Shown: piece after piece, positions 1 through 11,541 of the stretch | Layout of the letters: each line of letters begins with the position of its first letter | Position numbering within the stretch: the first letter of the stretch is position 1 | Assembly (NCBI GenBank): GCA_036785375.1 | Contig: JAWMAR010000070.1 | Location: 4,650,001 to 4,714,000 of the forward strand | Source of the DNA: Leucoraja ocellata | Lineage: Eukaryota | Direction of reading: 5' to 3' | DNA length: 64,000 nucleotides | Program-made: the position numbers and the translations under genes | The notes under the pieces: model-generated | Seen by the model: the letters and a program-made list of their open reading frames with translations, nothing else | Told to the model about the DNA's origin: nothing | The model's database searches: none

Positions 1-207
1 TGGTTTACTGGCATTCCATACAGCTGTACCTGCAGTAATCATGCAATTAATTGCTGCGACATTAACAACACCAAGAGTGAATATATTTTGAATTTAGCTT
101 TTATTTTGACATGTGCCTGTGATGCTGCTGTAAGTAAGATTTTCATTGTACCTGTGCTTCGCTGTTCTTGTGCACATCACAATACATTTGGCTTGACTTG
201 GCTGTTA

Positions 208-530
208 GGGGTGGGACAGTGGAGCAGCGGTAGAGCTGCTGCCTCACAGCGCCAGAGACCTAGATTCAATCCCGACTATGGGTGCTGTCTGTGTAGAGTT
301 TGTACATTCTCCCTGCGACTGCATGGGTTTCCTCCGGGTGCTCCGGTTTCCTCCCACATCCCAAAGACGTACAGGTTTGTAGATTGATCACCTTTGGTAA
401 GAAAAATTGTAAACTGTTTCTAGAGTGTAGAATGGTGCTAGTGTACGGGGTGATCGCTGGTCGGTGCGGATTCAGTGGGCCAAAGGGCCTGTTTCCACAA
501 GTATCTCCAAAAGTAAAAAATAAAAAAATA
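208..530 (+). mobile_element. tRNA-derived HE1/V-SINE-like element (representative; many copies, e.g. about 11071-11390, 49598-49870, 59340-59640, 62458-62728)
   Basis: A/B-box-like head GGTGGCGCAGCGGTAGAG..GGTTCGATCC in the best copies, V-domain core GGAGTTTGTAC(G/A)TTCTCCC..TTTCCTCCCAC, CR1-like 3' end and (TAAAC)n tail. Confidence 0.8.
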
Positions 531-781
531 AAAGGCTGGACTACTTTCATCAGTCAATGAAAATTGGATTACTTTTATTTTACACTCCAAAGACGTACAG
601 GTATGTAGGTAAATTGGCTTGGTAAAAGTAAAAAAAAACTGTTCCTAGTGTGTGTAGGATAGTGTTAATGTGCAAGGATTGCTGATCGGCATGGACTCGG
701 TGGGCTGAAGGGCCTGTTTACTAAACTAATCAGAACTAAATTTAACTGACTAAACAGAACTAAATCTAACTTTGATTAAAC

Positions 782-1176
782 ACCTCCGAACACCTCCGCT
801 CGGTCCACAAGAACCTACCTGACATCCCGTGGCTCAGCACTTCAACTTCCCCTCCCATTCCCATTCCGACCTCTCTGTCCTGGGTCTCCTCCATTGCCAG
901 AGTGAGCAACACCGGAAATTGGAGGAACAGCACCTCATATTTCGCTTGGGGAGTCTGCATCCTGCGGGCATGAACATCGAATTTTCCCAATTTTGTCAGC
1001 CCTTGCTGTCTCCTCCCATCCCCCAGCCCTCGGACTCCTCCTCCTCCTTTTTCCTTCCTTCTCCCCGCCACCCCCTATCAGTCTGAAGAAGGGTTACTGC
1101 CCGAAACGTTGCCTATTTCCTTCGCTCCATAGATGCTGCTGCACCCGCTGAGTTTCTCCACCATTTTTGTGTACCT
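782..1176 (+). mobile_element. Penelope-like element 3' fragment (GIY-YIG C-terminus plus hammerhead-bearing terminal repeat); paralog at about 13790-14176
   Basis: VAQHFN..RKLEEQHLIFRLGSLHPAGMN peptide followed by CTGAAGAAGGG..CCCGAAACGTT. Confidence 0.75.
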
Positions 1177-1230
1177 TAAATTTAACTGAGACAACTTCAA
1201 ATTCTAAAGTTTCATATTTTATCATCAGTC

Positions 1231-1329
1231 TCATTCTGGTTTCACAATCAGGTTTCCTGTTCTCTTCTTCCTCATTCTTAATACATGCCATATTTGACAG
1301 ACTGTTCAGTCTGAGGACTAAGAGCTGAG
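1231..1329 (+). promoter_or_regulatory. Putative proximal promoter of gene A with ETS/PU.1-like TTCCT cores
   Basis: The block TGGTTTCAC..TTTCCTG..TTCTTCCTCATT..AAGAGCTGA lies just upstream of the leader exon and recurs, diverged, upstream of genes B (14229) and C (29575). Confidence 0.55.
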
Positions 1330-1368
1330 CAGCAGGTCAGTGCTAACATGGTCTCCTTGGATAAAACT

Positions 1369-1405
1369 ATGTGGATTCCAATGCTGCTCATTTATTCCAT
1401 GCCCG
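1369..1405 (+). CDS. Gene A exon 1, signal peptide MWIPMLLIYSMP (in-frame upstream ATG at 1348 adds MVSLDKT)
   Basis: Hydrophobic leader ending G|GTAAGT (phase 1); joins the V exon in frame to give ...MPVSGALW. Confidence 0.85.
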
Positions 1406-4400
1406 GTAAGTAACAGCTTGATTTGGACGGTCATGTGACCAGACTCTACGGGAAGTACGAGATAATCACAAAGTGCTGGAGTAACTCAGCGGGACAGCCT
1501 GAAGAAAAGTCTCGACCCGAAATGTCACCCATACCTTCTATCCAGTGATGCTGCCTGTCCCTCTGAGTTACTACAGCATTTTGTGTCTATCTTTGGTGTA
1601 AACCAGCATCTGCAGTTCCTTCCTTTACATATGTTGGAAATACTTAGCAGGTGTGCCGAGAAAAAGAGTTACCCTTTTAGATCAGAGATCCTTTGACCTA
1701 AAACCTAACTCTATCTCTCCCCACAGATGCGCCCTGACCACCTGATTATTTTTTTGTTTTCGTGTTAGATTTTGTTAACCTCCATAGTTTTATTTTGATA
1801 TTCATTTTGGTGACCAGAATGTATCTGGGTCTTGTGTACCATTTCTGCAGTGGAGATAGTTAAATGCTTGCAGATGTAAAGATAACTGAACAATATTGGG
1901 GCGTGGATCAAGAAAGAGGAACTCAGCGGGTCAGCCAGCATCTGTGAATGTGAAGAGGACCCTGTATCGGGACTGAGCAAGGGAGGCAGGAAAGGTTGAA
2001 TCAGGATCGGCAGGTGGGCTTGTGTGGGAGGAGAACACCAGAGGGTGTGAATTACCCAAAATTGGAAAATGTAATGTTTGTACCATTGAGTTTTGAATTA
2101 TCAATCAACATCTTGTGATCTGCTTGTGTATTCTCTATGAAACACATCCTCTTCATCCAGTTCCATCTTCCTCAACCAGCCCCGACCCTCCCACTCTTTA
2201 GTACATCTATATGTTGCCAAACATCTCTGTCCCCTCTCAGTCCTGATGCAGGGTCTCGATCTGAAAGAACAACTTACACTTTTTTGCCTTCAAACCTCCA
2301 TGACCCACTGAGTCCTTCCAGTGTGCTGTTTGTTGTTCCAGATTCCAGCATCTGCAATCTCTTTTGTCTCAATATTAGAGTGTGTTCTTCCAATCTCCTC
2401 CTGTCTCCATCACTGTGCCACACATAAATCATGACCGCCAATGTATCTGACAGCACAAAGCGACTGTGAATGAAAAACAGAGACAATTACAAGTGACTGG
2501 GACAGTGGCACAGCGGTGCCTTACAGTACCAGAGATCTGGGTTCGATCCTGACTAAGGGGTCTGTCTGTATGGAGTTAGTACTTTCTCCCTGTGACCGCA
2601 TGAGTTTTCCCCCAGTCTTCTGGTTTCCTCCCACACCCCAAAGACGCATGGGTTTGTAGGTTAATTGGCCTCTATAAATAGGGAATATGGACTATGTAAA
2701 TTGTCCCTAGTGTACAAGATACTAGGTCAGCACGGACAAGTTGGGCCGAAGGGCCAGTTTCCATGCTCCATCTTAAACTAAACTAAACTAAAGTAACAGT
2801 GTCAAAGTGCAAAGGGACCCTGTCTATTCATGAAACATTGTTTTATTGCTTGCTTGCACTCACTAACAGCAGCCAAGCAATAATGCCAAAACAATTGTCT
2901 CCATTTTACAACACTTCCTCTTATTTAAAGTTCAGATATTAAATTATTTGACGTCTCAGTTCCTCTTGGGCTGTGGGTTGCTCTTGCAATGTAGCCATTT
3001 CCTTCTTGTTCTTGGACGTCAACTATGCATATTTGTCAAAGTCATCAGCATGCAATATTAATAATTTCTTGTTACCAAGTTCATTTTTTTTTCAATGTTA
3101 TCACTGATGCTCAGATGCAGGTGAAGGCCAACATTAACTGTCTTCATTCACCAGATCATTTCCGGTAATCTAGGATCATTCCTATACTAGTTTAGTTTAG
3201 TTTAGTCCAATGAAGTCCAATTATTGATCGTTCAAGGGGGTAAATAGGAGGCCAGGACTGCGCTCTAGCTAGTGAGAAGATGGGTCAGTTGCCTGAAGAC
3301 AGTTGGGAAGAAAACTATCTCTGAATCTAGAGCATTGGGTTCAAACTTCTGTCCCTCGTGCCTAATGGTAGACAGGTAAAGAAGGAGTGACTGGGATGAA
3401 ACTGCTCCATGATTATGCTGGTGGCCTTGCAAGGCAGCGTGAAGTGTAGGTGACTATTTCCTTGTTTATTGATGGGGATGATGGCAAATAAGGTTTACCC
3501 TCCATAAAACAGGCCAACGATATACGTGCATTTGGAGGATAAGGTTGGTGTAGGGATCCACAAGCCTCAGTACTCATCAATAGACAATAGGTGCAGGAGT
3601 AGGCCATTCGGCCCTTCGAGCCAGCACTGCCATGTAAGATTATTGTAAGATTATTGTAAAATTATTTTAAGATTATTAAGGGTTTGGACACGCTAGAGTC
3701 AGGAAACATGTTTCCGATGTTGGGGGAGTCCAGAACCAGGAGCCACAGTTTAAGAATAAGGGGTAAGCCATTTAGAACGGAGATGATCAGCCATGATCAC
3801 ATTGAATGGCGGTGCTGGCTCGAAGGGCCAAATGCCCCACTCCTGCACCTATTGTCTATTGTTTATTGAATGCGATCATGCTTGATCATCCCCAATCAGT
3901 ACCCCTTTCCTGCCTTCTCCCCATATCCCCTAACTATTATCTTTAAGAGCCCTATCTAGCTCTCTCTTGCAAGTTTCCAGAGAATGGGCAGAGAATTCCA
4001 CATACTCACAACTCTCTGTGTTTCCTTGTCTCCGTTCTAAATGGCTTACCCCTTATTCTTAAACTGTGGCCCCTGGTTCTGGACTGCCCCAACATCGGGA
4101 ACATGTTTCCTGTCTCTAGCGTGTCCAAACCCTTAATAATCTTACATGTTTCAATAAGATCCCCTCTCATCCTAAGTTCCAGAGTGTACAAGCCCAGCTG
4201 CTCCATTCTCTCAGCATATGACAGTTCCGCCATCCCGGGGTTTAAACTTGTAAACCTACGCTGCACTCCCTCAATAGAAAGAATCATCTATGTAGATAAA
4301 TGTAGGGGGCGTGGTGAAGTCCTCTGCCGATGAGACAAAGGTCAGCTGGATGGTTGACAGGGAGGAGAAGGCTTTTGACCCCAGGGCATATATAGATGGA

Positions 4401-5731
4401 CAAATCAGTAGGGCAGAAAAGTGGCAAAGCCAGTTTAATCCAGAGAAGTGAGAGGAATTACATTTGACAAAGAGGTCTAAATAAAGACATTAATATATGG
4501 ATGTTGAGGGAGTGTGGAGGAACAGAAGGACCTTGGAGAATATTCTCACAGCTCATTAAATGCAATATGACAATTAGTTAGTTTTAGAGATACAGCCTTG
4601 AACAGGCCCTTCGGCCCACAATGTCCAAGCCGACCAACGATTACCCGTGCACCAGTTCTATCCTACACCCTTGGGGTAATTTACAGAAGCCAATTAACTT
4701 ACAACCTACTCATGTTTGAATTGTGGGAGGAAACTAGAGCACACAGAGGAAACCCATGCGGTCACAGGGAGAACGTACAAATTATGTACAGGCAGCATCC
4801 ATAGTCAGGATCAAACCCGGGTCCTTGGCGCTGTAAGGCAGCCACTCTTCTGCTGTGCTACTGTGCTGCCCAACTAGTGTAAACAGTTAGGACCAAAGAA
4901 CTGCAGGTGCTGGTTTGTACCAAAGATAGAAACAAAGTGCTGGAGTAACTTAGAAGAGTGTCTGAAGAAGGGTCCCAATCCCGAAACATCACGCATTCTA
5001 TTTCTCCAGACATGCTGCCTGACCCGCTGAGTTACTCCAGCACCTTGTGTCTATCTTTAGTGTGAAGAGGACTCGGTGGGCCAAAGGGCGTCTTTCCATG
5101 CTGTATTTTTCAATCAATTCAATCAATAGAAAAATATCTTATGATCATTAAATTCTCCAATTTTACGTTGCACACCCCCCTACCCTCTCTCACTTTCCTG
5201 TGCACCATTTAACCCATGCCTCTTCCTCCCTTTCACCCTGTCCCCTACCAAATATACCCCTCCCTCTGTCTTTACATTTCGCTTCTCATCTCTCCTCATC
5301 TGACAACCTTTTCACCGCTTTTCACCTCCAGTCTTTGTCCACTCGTGAACCAGTCAAAATTCCCCCCTCATCTGTATCCACTTGTTGTGCTGCCTGTCCC
5401 GCTGAGTTACTCCAGCAATTTGTGTCTACCTTCCACCTGTCACTTGCCAGGCTTTATCCCATCTCCACCTCTCTTCCAGCTTTCCCCACCCTACTTTAAT
5501 CAGTCTGAAGCAGGGTCCCAACCCGACACGTCACGTGTCCATTCCCTCCAAAGATGCTGCCAGATCTGCTGAGTTACACGGGCACTTTGTGCTTGGCTCA
5601 AGGGTAAGTGAATGTCCACACACGGGTTGGACCATTCGGCCCATCGTTGATTAGGGGAAGAGTGGGTGGGACAGCAAACGCTGTGTTAAGTAGATTTGTC
5701 CTGTACATGTTCTGATGATTTTTCTTCTCAG

Positions 5732-6049
5732 TTTCAGGTGCTCTGTGGGCAAAGACACCTGTAAGAGGAGTTGTGGGAAAAACTATCACAATCGATTGTC
5801 ACTATGAAGTCTGGTACCGTTCACATACAAAATACTGGTGTCATGGGTGGACTAACTCGTGTTCAGATGTAGTGAAAACAAATGGGCAACACAGACGTGG
5901 AAGATGGTCAATCACAGATAACTCGACACAAGGAATATTTACTGTGACTGTGGAGGGTCTTCTCTCTAGAGATAAAGGATGGTACAGCTGTGGAATTGAT
6001 ACATCTGGCTTGGATCCAATGTTTAACGTTCGGGTCCAAGTATCTGACG
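5732..6049 (+). CDS. Gene A exon 2, CD300/pIgR-like Ig V domain
   Basis: TTTCTTCTCAG acceptor; ITIDC..KYWCHGWTNSC..DKGWYSCG has the canonical V-set Cys/Trp plus the extra KYWC-x6-C pair of CD300/pIgR/TREM domains; donor GACG|GTACGT. Confidence 0.93.
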
Positions 6050-6092
6050 GTACGTTTTACATTTATACCAAGCCAATTAACCTGTAAACCTG

Positions 6093-6506
6093 GGTTACAC
6101 AAAAAAGCTGGAGAAACTCAGCGGGTGCAGCAGCATCTATGGAGCGAAGGAAATAGGCAACGTTTCGGGCCGAAACCCTTCTTCAGACTGATCGGGGGCG
6201 GGGGTGGGTGGGGACATGAAAGGGAAAAGGAGGAGTAGCCAGAAGGCTGGGGGATGGGAGGAGACAGCGGGGGGGGGGGGGGCTGAGGAAGGGGAGGAGA
6301 CAGCAAGGACTAACAAAATTGGGAGAATTCGATGTTCATGCCCCCGGGGTGCAGACTCCCCAAACGGAATATGAGGTGCTGTTCCTCCAATTTCCGGTGC
6401 TGCTCGCTGTGGCCATGGAGGAGACCCAGGACAGAGAGGTCGGAGACGGAGTGGGAGGGGGAGTTGAAGTGCTGAGCCACCGGGAGGTCAGCTTGGTTCT
6501 TGAACC
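6093..6506 (-). mobile_element. Recent Penelope-like insertion specific to gene A intron 2
   Basis: 16-bp target-site duplication TTAACCTGTAAACCTG (6077-6092 and 6507-6522); the site is empty in gene B. Confidence 0.85.
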
Positions 6507-7728
6507 TTAACCTGTAAACCTGTACGTCTTTGGAGTGTGGGGGGGAAACCGAAGTTTTCAGAGAAAACCCAAGCAGGTCAGGGGGAGAATGTACAAACTC
6601 CAGACAGACAGACAGACAAGTACCCGTGGTCATGATCGAACCCGGGTCCCTGGCGCTGTAAGGCAGCAATTCTACAGCTGCGCCACCGTGCCGCCCTTAA
6701 TGATGCACCATAGGGATCAGTGCCGGGATCTTTGAGCTTTGGCCGAATTCTGTTCTTACCCCTCCTGGGAGTGTGCAGATGATGCCCCTGGATCTGGAAT
6801 AATGATGAAACGGCAAACAGGGAAATGTCTTTTATTGTGGAGGAATGAACTGCAGATGCTGTTTTAATCGAACATAGACACAAAATCTATAGATAATATA
6901 GATGCGTCACTGGGTGGCGCCGAGATGGCAGCCTCGCCAGCAGTCTGTGTGTTATTTCGACTTTTTTGTTATTTTCAGTCTGTCTAAAATGTATGTTTTA
7001 ATGTTTCTCTTTGTTTTTTTCATGTGGGGTGTGACGGGAGGGGAGGGGGGTGAGGGGAGGTGAGGTGAGGGGGGGTGAGCGGAGGGGAGGGGGGGGCGAA
7101 CCCGTTTTCAGTCACTTACCGCAACAGAGATGTGATCTTTCCCCGTGTCACGTCTCCGTCCCCTCCCCACGGACTAACAACTGGATGGATGCGGCCTTTC
7201 CTGGAGACCGGGCTGGAGCTTCGCCGCAAGGGCGACGCGGACTTTAACATTGCGGAGCTGTGATCCTTTGCTGAGAATCGCTGTGGAAGCTCTACAACCG
7301 CGGGGCTTGCGGACTTTAATACCGTGAAGCCGCGGAGAGTTTCCGTTCCGCCCCGACTCCGGAGTCTCCATCATCCCGACGAGAGGGCTTGAACATCGGG
7401 CCGTCGGCAGTGGCAGTGCTGAGGGTTCAAGGCCCCGACCACCACGGGTAAACAAAGGAGGAAGATGACTGAACCTTGTTGCCTTCCATCACAGTGAGGA
7501 ATGATGATTCCACTGTGGTGGATGTTTATGTTAAAACTATTGTGTATTGCGTTATGTTTTTAAACTTGTATGGCTGTATGATAACTCAAATACCACTGTA
7601 CCTTAATTGGTGCACGTGACAATATGTGAACTTGAACTTGAAATGTTGGAGTATCTCAGCGGGACAGGCAGCGTCTCTGGAGGGAAGGAATGGGTGACGT
7701 TTCGGCCCGAGACCCATCCTCAGACCCG

Positions 7729-8178
7729 AATGACGAAAGACTGGATAGACTTGGTTTATACTCTCTAGAATGTAGGAGATTGAGAGGGAATCTTATAGAA
7801 ACTTACAAAATTCCTAAGGGGTTGGACAGGCTAGATGCAGGAAGATTGTTCCCGATGTTAGGGAAGTCCAGGACAAGGGGTCACAGCTTAAGGATAAGGG
7901 GGAAATCCTTTAAAACCGAGATGAGAAGAACTTTTTTCACACAGAGAGTGGTGAATCTCTGGAACTCTCTGCCACAGAGGGTAGTTGAGGCCAGTTCATT
8001 GGCTATATTTAAGAGGGAGTTAGATGTGGCCCTTGTGGCTAAGGGGATCAGGGGGTATGGAGAGAAGGCAGGTACGGGATACTGAGTTGGATGATCAGCC
8101 ATGATCATATTGAATGGCGGTGCAGTCTCGAAGGGCTGAATGGCCTACTCCTGCAGCTAATTTCTATGTTTCTATTCT
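7729..8178 (+). mobile_element. CR1/HER1-like LINE 3' fragment, absent from the gene B copy
   Basis: ERLDRLGLYSLE..RTRGHSLRIRG..FFTQRVVNLWNSLP peptide and a TTTCTATG tail. Confidence 0.85.
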
Positions 8179-8282
8179 AAACTTCACCCATTCCTTCTCT
8201 CCAGAGATGCTGCCTGTCCCGCTGAGTTACTCCAGCATATTTTGTCTATCTTTAATTGTCTTTTATTTCCTTTTCTCAACAG

Positions 8283-8388
8283 AACCTGAACCTAATCCTG
8301 GATCGTCAACAACAACAACAGTAGCATTTACTTCAACTACAAAAGTAACATCCGAAAACAATGATCATGCCACCAGTTTCTCTAACAG
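8283..8388 (+). CDS. Gene A exon 3, Ser/Thr/Pro-rich stalk (EPEPNPGSSTTTTVAFTSTTKVTSENNDHATSFSN)
   Basis: Polypyrimidine-CAACAG acceptor; phase 1 in and phase 2 out (AG|GTATAA); same 106-nt length as in gene B. Confidence 0.85.
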
Positions 8389-9530
8389 GTATAATTTTCA
8401 CTTGCTCAAGTTTTGATTGGCCTTGTTTTCAATATGAGAGGTGGAGACACAAGGAACTGTTGATCCATACATAGATAGATAGACAATAGTGCAGGAGTAG
8501 GCCATTCTGCCCTTCGAGCCAGCACTGCCATTCAATGTGATCATGGTTGACCATCCACAATCAGTACCCCGTTCCTGCCTTGTCCCCATATCCCTTGATT
8601 CCGCTAGCCCTAAGAACTCTATCTAATTCTCTTTTGAGTGTATCCAGTGATTCAGCCTGCACTGCCTTCTGAGGCAAAGAATTCCCCAGATTCGCAACTC
8701 TCTGGGTGAAAAGGTTTTCCTCGTCTCAGTTCTAAATGGCCTACCCCTTATTCTTAAACTGTGGCCCCTGATTCTGGACACCCCCAACATCGGGAACATG
8801 TTTCCTGCATCTCACGTGTCCCTTAATAATCCCTTAATAATTTTATATGTGTCTATAAGATACCCTCTCATCCTTCTAAATTCCAGTGAATACAAGCCCA
8901 GTCGCTCCATTCTTTCATCATATGACAGTCCCGCCATCCCGGGAATTAAACTGGCTGGATGCTGGATCCTTGAGTACAACACAAAGTACTGGAGTAACTC
9001 TAGGTTGTCGAGGGTGGCATGGTGGTGCAGCGGTAGAGTTGAAGTTTGAAAACGCACACCTGCAGAGTCAGGGACATTTTCTTCCCAACGGTTATCAGGC
9101 AACTGAATCATCCCCTCACCAGCGATCCTGACCTCCCATCTACCTCATTGGAGATCTTCCAACTTTGTTTCATCAGACTTGCATCTGATCACATAGGATT
9201 TAAGGCACAGAAAAGATCAACTGAACTGATCCCATGCTGGTGTTTACATACCACTCGTCACTTCTCCCATCTTTTCTTATCTAACTTTATCAACGCTAGA
9301 CACAAAATGCTGGAGTAACTCAGCTAGTCAGGCAGCATCTCTGAAGAACATGGATAGGTGAGGTTTCAGGTTGAGATCCTGGATGGTGGAATTTCCCAGC
9401 TGAACTCCCTGGGCTCTGTTGCTGTACCCTGCTCCATGCAGAGATTTCACAACAATCAGGCTATGAATGTTTCCAACACGAACTAGTCTGTTTCCTCCTA
9501 CTGATTCTGTATCTTTCCCCTTTTGCTCAG

Positions 9531-9621
9531 TTACATGATATGGAATGTGGGACGCTGGCTGTACTTCGCTCTGCTTGGGATCTGCAGCATCTCAGTCTCA
9601 TTGTTCACAAGTATAAGGAAG
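9531..9621 (+). CDS. Gene A exon 4, transmembrane exon with Arg (SYMIWNVGRWLYFALLGICSISVSLFTSIRK)
   Basis: TTTTGCTCAG acceptor with phase 2 matching the stalk; AAG|GTATGT donor; hydrophobic helix containing N-x-x-R. Confidence 0.85.
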
Positions 9622-10397
9622 GTATGTTTTGCGGAGATCATCAGAATCGCTGAATGCTTCCAAATGCTGTCCATTAATACCTTCAAACATGCTGATAAAA
9701 TAAAACAAACGAAAAGCGTTTAGATAAAGTACTTCACAAATATAGGCCAAACCAATGCTCTACGAAGATGATATCAATTGGTCTTGACAAGATGTGTGTG
9801 TGCAGAATGAACTGAAGTGTTTGACGTAGATGTTGTAGTGTCATTGAATCAGAGAAATACAACTGGGAAACAGGCCCTTTGACCCACTGTAACAAGCGCA
9901 GACCATCTTATCTGAACCCAATTCCCTCCCCTCTACTTTCAGTTTGAAGAAGGGTCCCGACCTGAAATGTCACCCATCCTTTTTCTCCAGAGATCGTGCC
10001 AGACTCGCTGGGTTACTCCAGCACTTTGTGCCGATCAGGCCATTGATCACCCGTACGCATTAGTTTGATGTTATCCCATTCTCTCATCCCAACTCCCAAC
10101 ACACTAGGGGAAATTCACACTGGCCAATTAACCTGGAAACCCACAAGTCTTTGGGAGGTGGGAGGAAACCGGAGCTCGCGGAGGAAACCCACATGGACAC
10201 AGCGAGAACATGCAAACTCCACACAGATAGCATCAAAGTCAAAATCCAAGCAAATTCTTGGACGTTGGGAGGCAGCAGCTCTATCAGCTGCATCACTGTG
10301 CCAATTGGAACAAGAATTCTGTTGTTAGTGGCCTTGTGAAATAAAGCACAATTCCCGGAGTCAATTATCTGATGACTTCAAACATTTTTTTTTGCAG

Positions 10398-10433
10398 GGA
10401 CCTAATGAACCGAAACCTCACAGCTTGCCGTAG
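10398..10433 (+). CDS. Gene A terminal exon, short cytoplasmic tail GPNEPKPHSLP*
   Basis: TTTTTTTGCAG acceptor, phase 0; the peptide is identical in gene C despite synonymous changes; AATAAA at 10800-10805. Confidence 0.75.
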   Translation, partial: GPNEPKPHSLP

Positions 10434-11541
10434 AAGGCAGAATGAAGATCCACTGGTGATAGTGACTGTGAAACAACTCTCCAACAAGACCAAATGATCA
10501 TTATTATTTTGAATGAATTAATTAATTAATACTTCATTGTCACGTGTGACAAGTCACAGTGAAATTCTTTGCTTGCTAACCCAAGGTATGCAAATAGTCG
10601 CACATAAAGGGCATTGATAAAGTGTTTTTCATTTTGCTTTCATAATAGACTGCACAGAATTAATGCTTCTTCTGCTAAAATTATTAACTTAGTTTACACA
10701 ATATTCACTCAGTAAAGGTGCCATTTAAACAATGTTGCTAGCCTTTATAGCAATGACTTATTATTTTGTGTTGTGTAGCATGACATTGCAGTTATGTGGA
10801 ATAAATTGTATTCAATCCTGGAAATGCCTCATGGTTTTAACTGTGAAGAATATTTAGAAGAGGGAAACTATAAGCTATGACATCCCATCAGATCAAATGT
10901 TCTGGAACTACTTTTTCTCATGAGAACATCACTGTAATATACTTTGCTGAGCTGTTTTCAAGTCAAGTCTGTCATTCTTATGTGCACGTATGGTGAGGTG
11001 CAGATACAATGAAAATCGCACTTGTGGCAACATCACATACACGTAGACACACAAAAATATAAATGATACATAGGGCGGCACGGGTGTATAGCGGTGGTGT
11101 TGCTGCCTTCATTTCAGCGCCAGGGACGCGGGTTCGATACGGGTGCTGTCTGTACGGAGTTTGTATGTTCTCCCCATGACCAAGTGGGTTTTCTCTGAGA
11201 TCTTTGGTTTCTTCCCACACTCAAAGACGTGCAGGTTTTTAGGTTAATTGGCTTTGGTAAAATTGTAAATTGACCCTAGTGTATGCAGGATAGTGCTGGT
11301 GTGCGGAGGAGATAGCTGGTTGGCGTCAACTAGGTGGGCCAAAGGTCCTGTTTCCATGCTGTATCTCTAAACTAAACTCAACTCAACTAAGACGTCCAAT
11401 TCCACTCAAGGAAAGTCACCGTATCTCTCAAACTAATTGGCACTTTACTCAAAGCAATGGGTTCCATCTGACAATCTTGTTCTCTTTATTCACTGCATGT
11501 GAAAACAGCTGAGACTTAATTTTATTTCCTTGCCTCAACAG

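Larger units (their letters stand above)
243..9180 (+). repeat. Segmental duplicate of 13257-20672 (promoter, leader, V and stalk of genes A/B)
   Basis: Colinear near-identical sequence including shared old TE fragments; differs by copy-specific insertions and deletions. Confidence 0.92.

Noticed and set aside
9622-9723. Identical TM read-through peptide in genes A and C as a conserved alternative tail
   Set aside because: The identity is explained by recent duplication, a good donor and a downstream terminal exon exist, and the peptide has no signalling motif. It cannot be fully excluded without RNA data.
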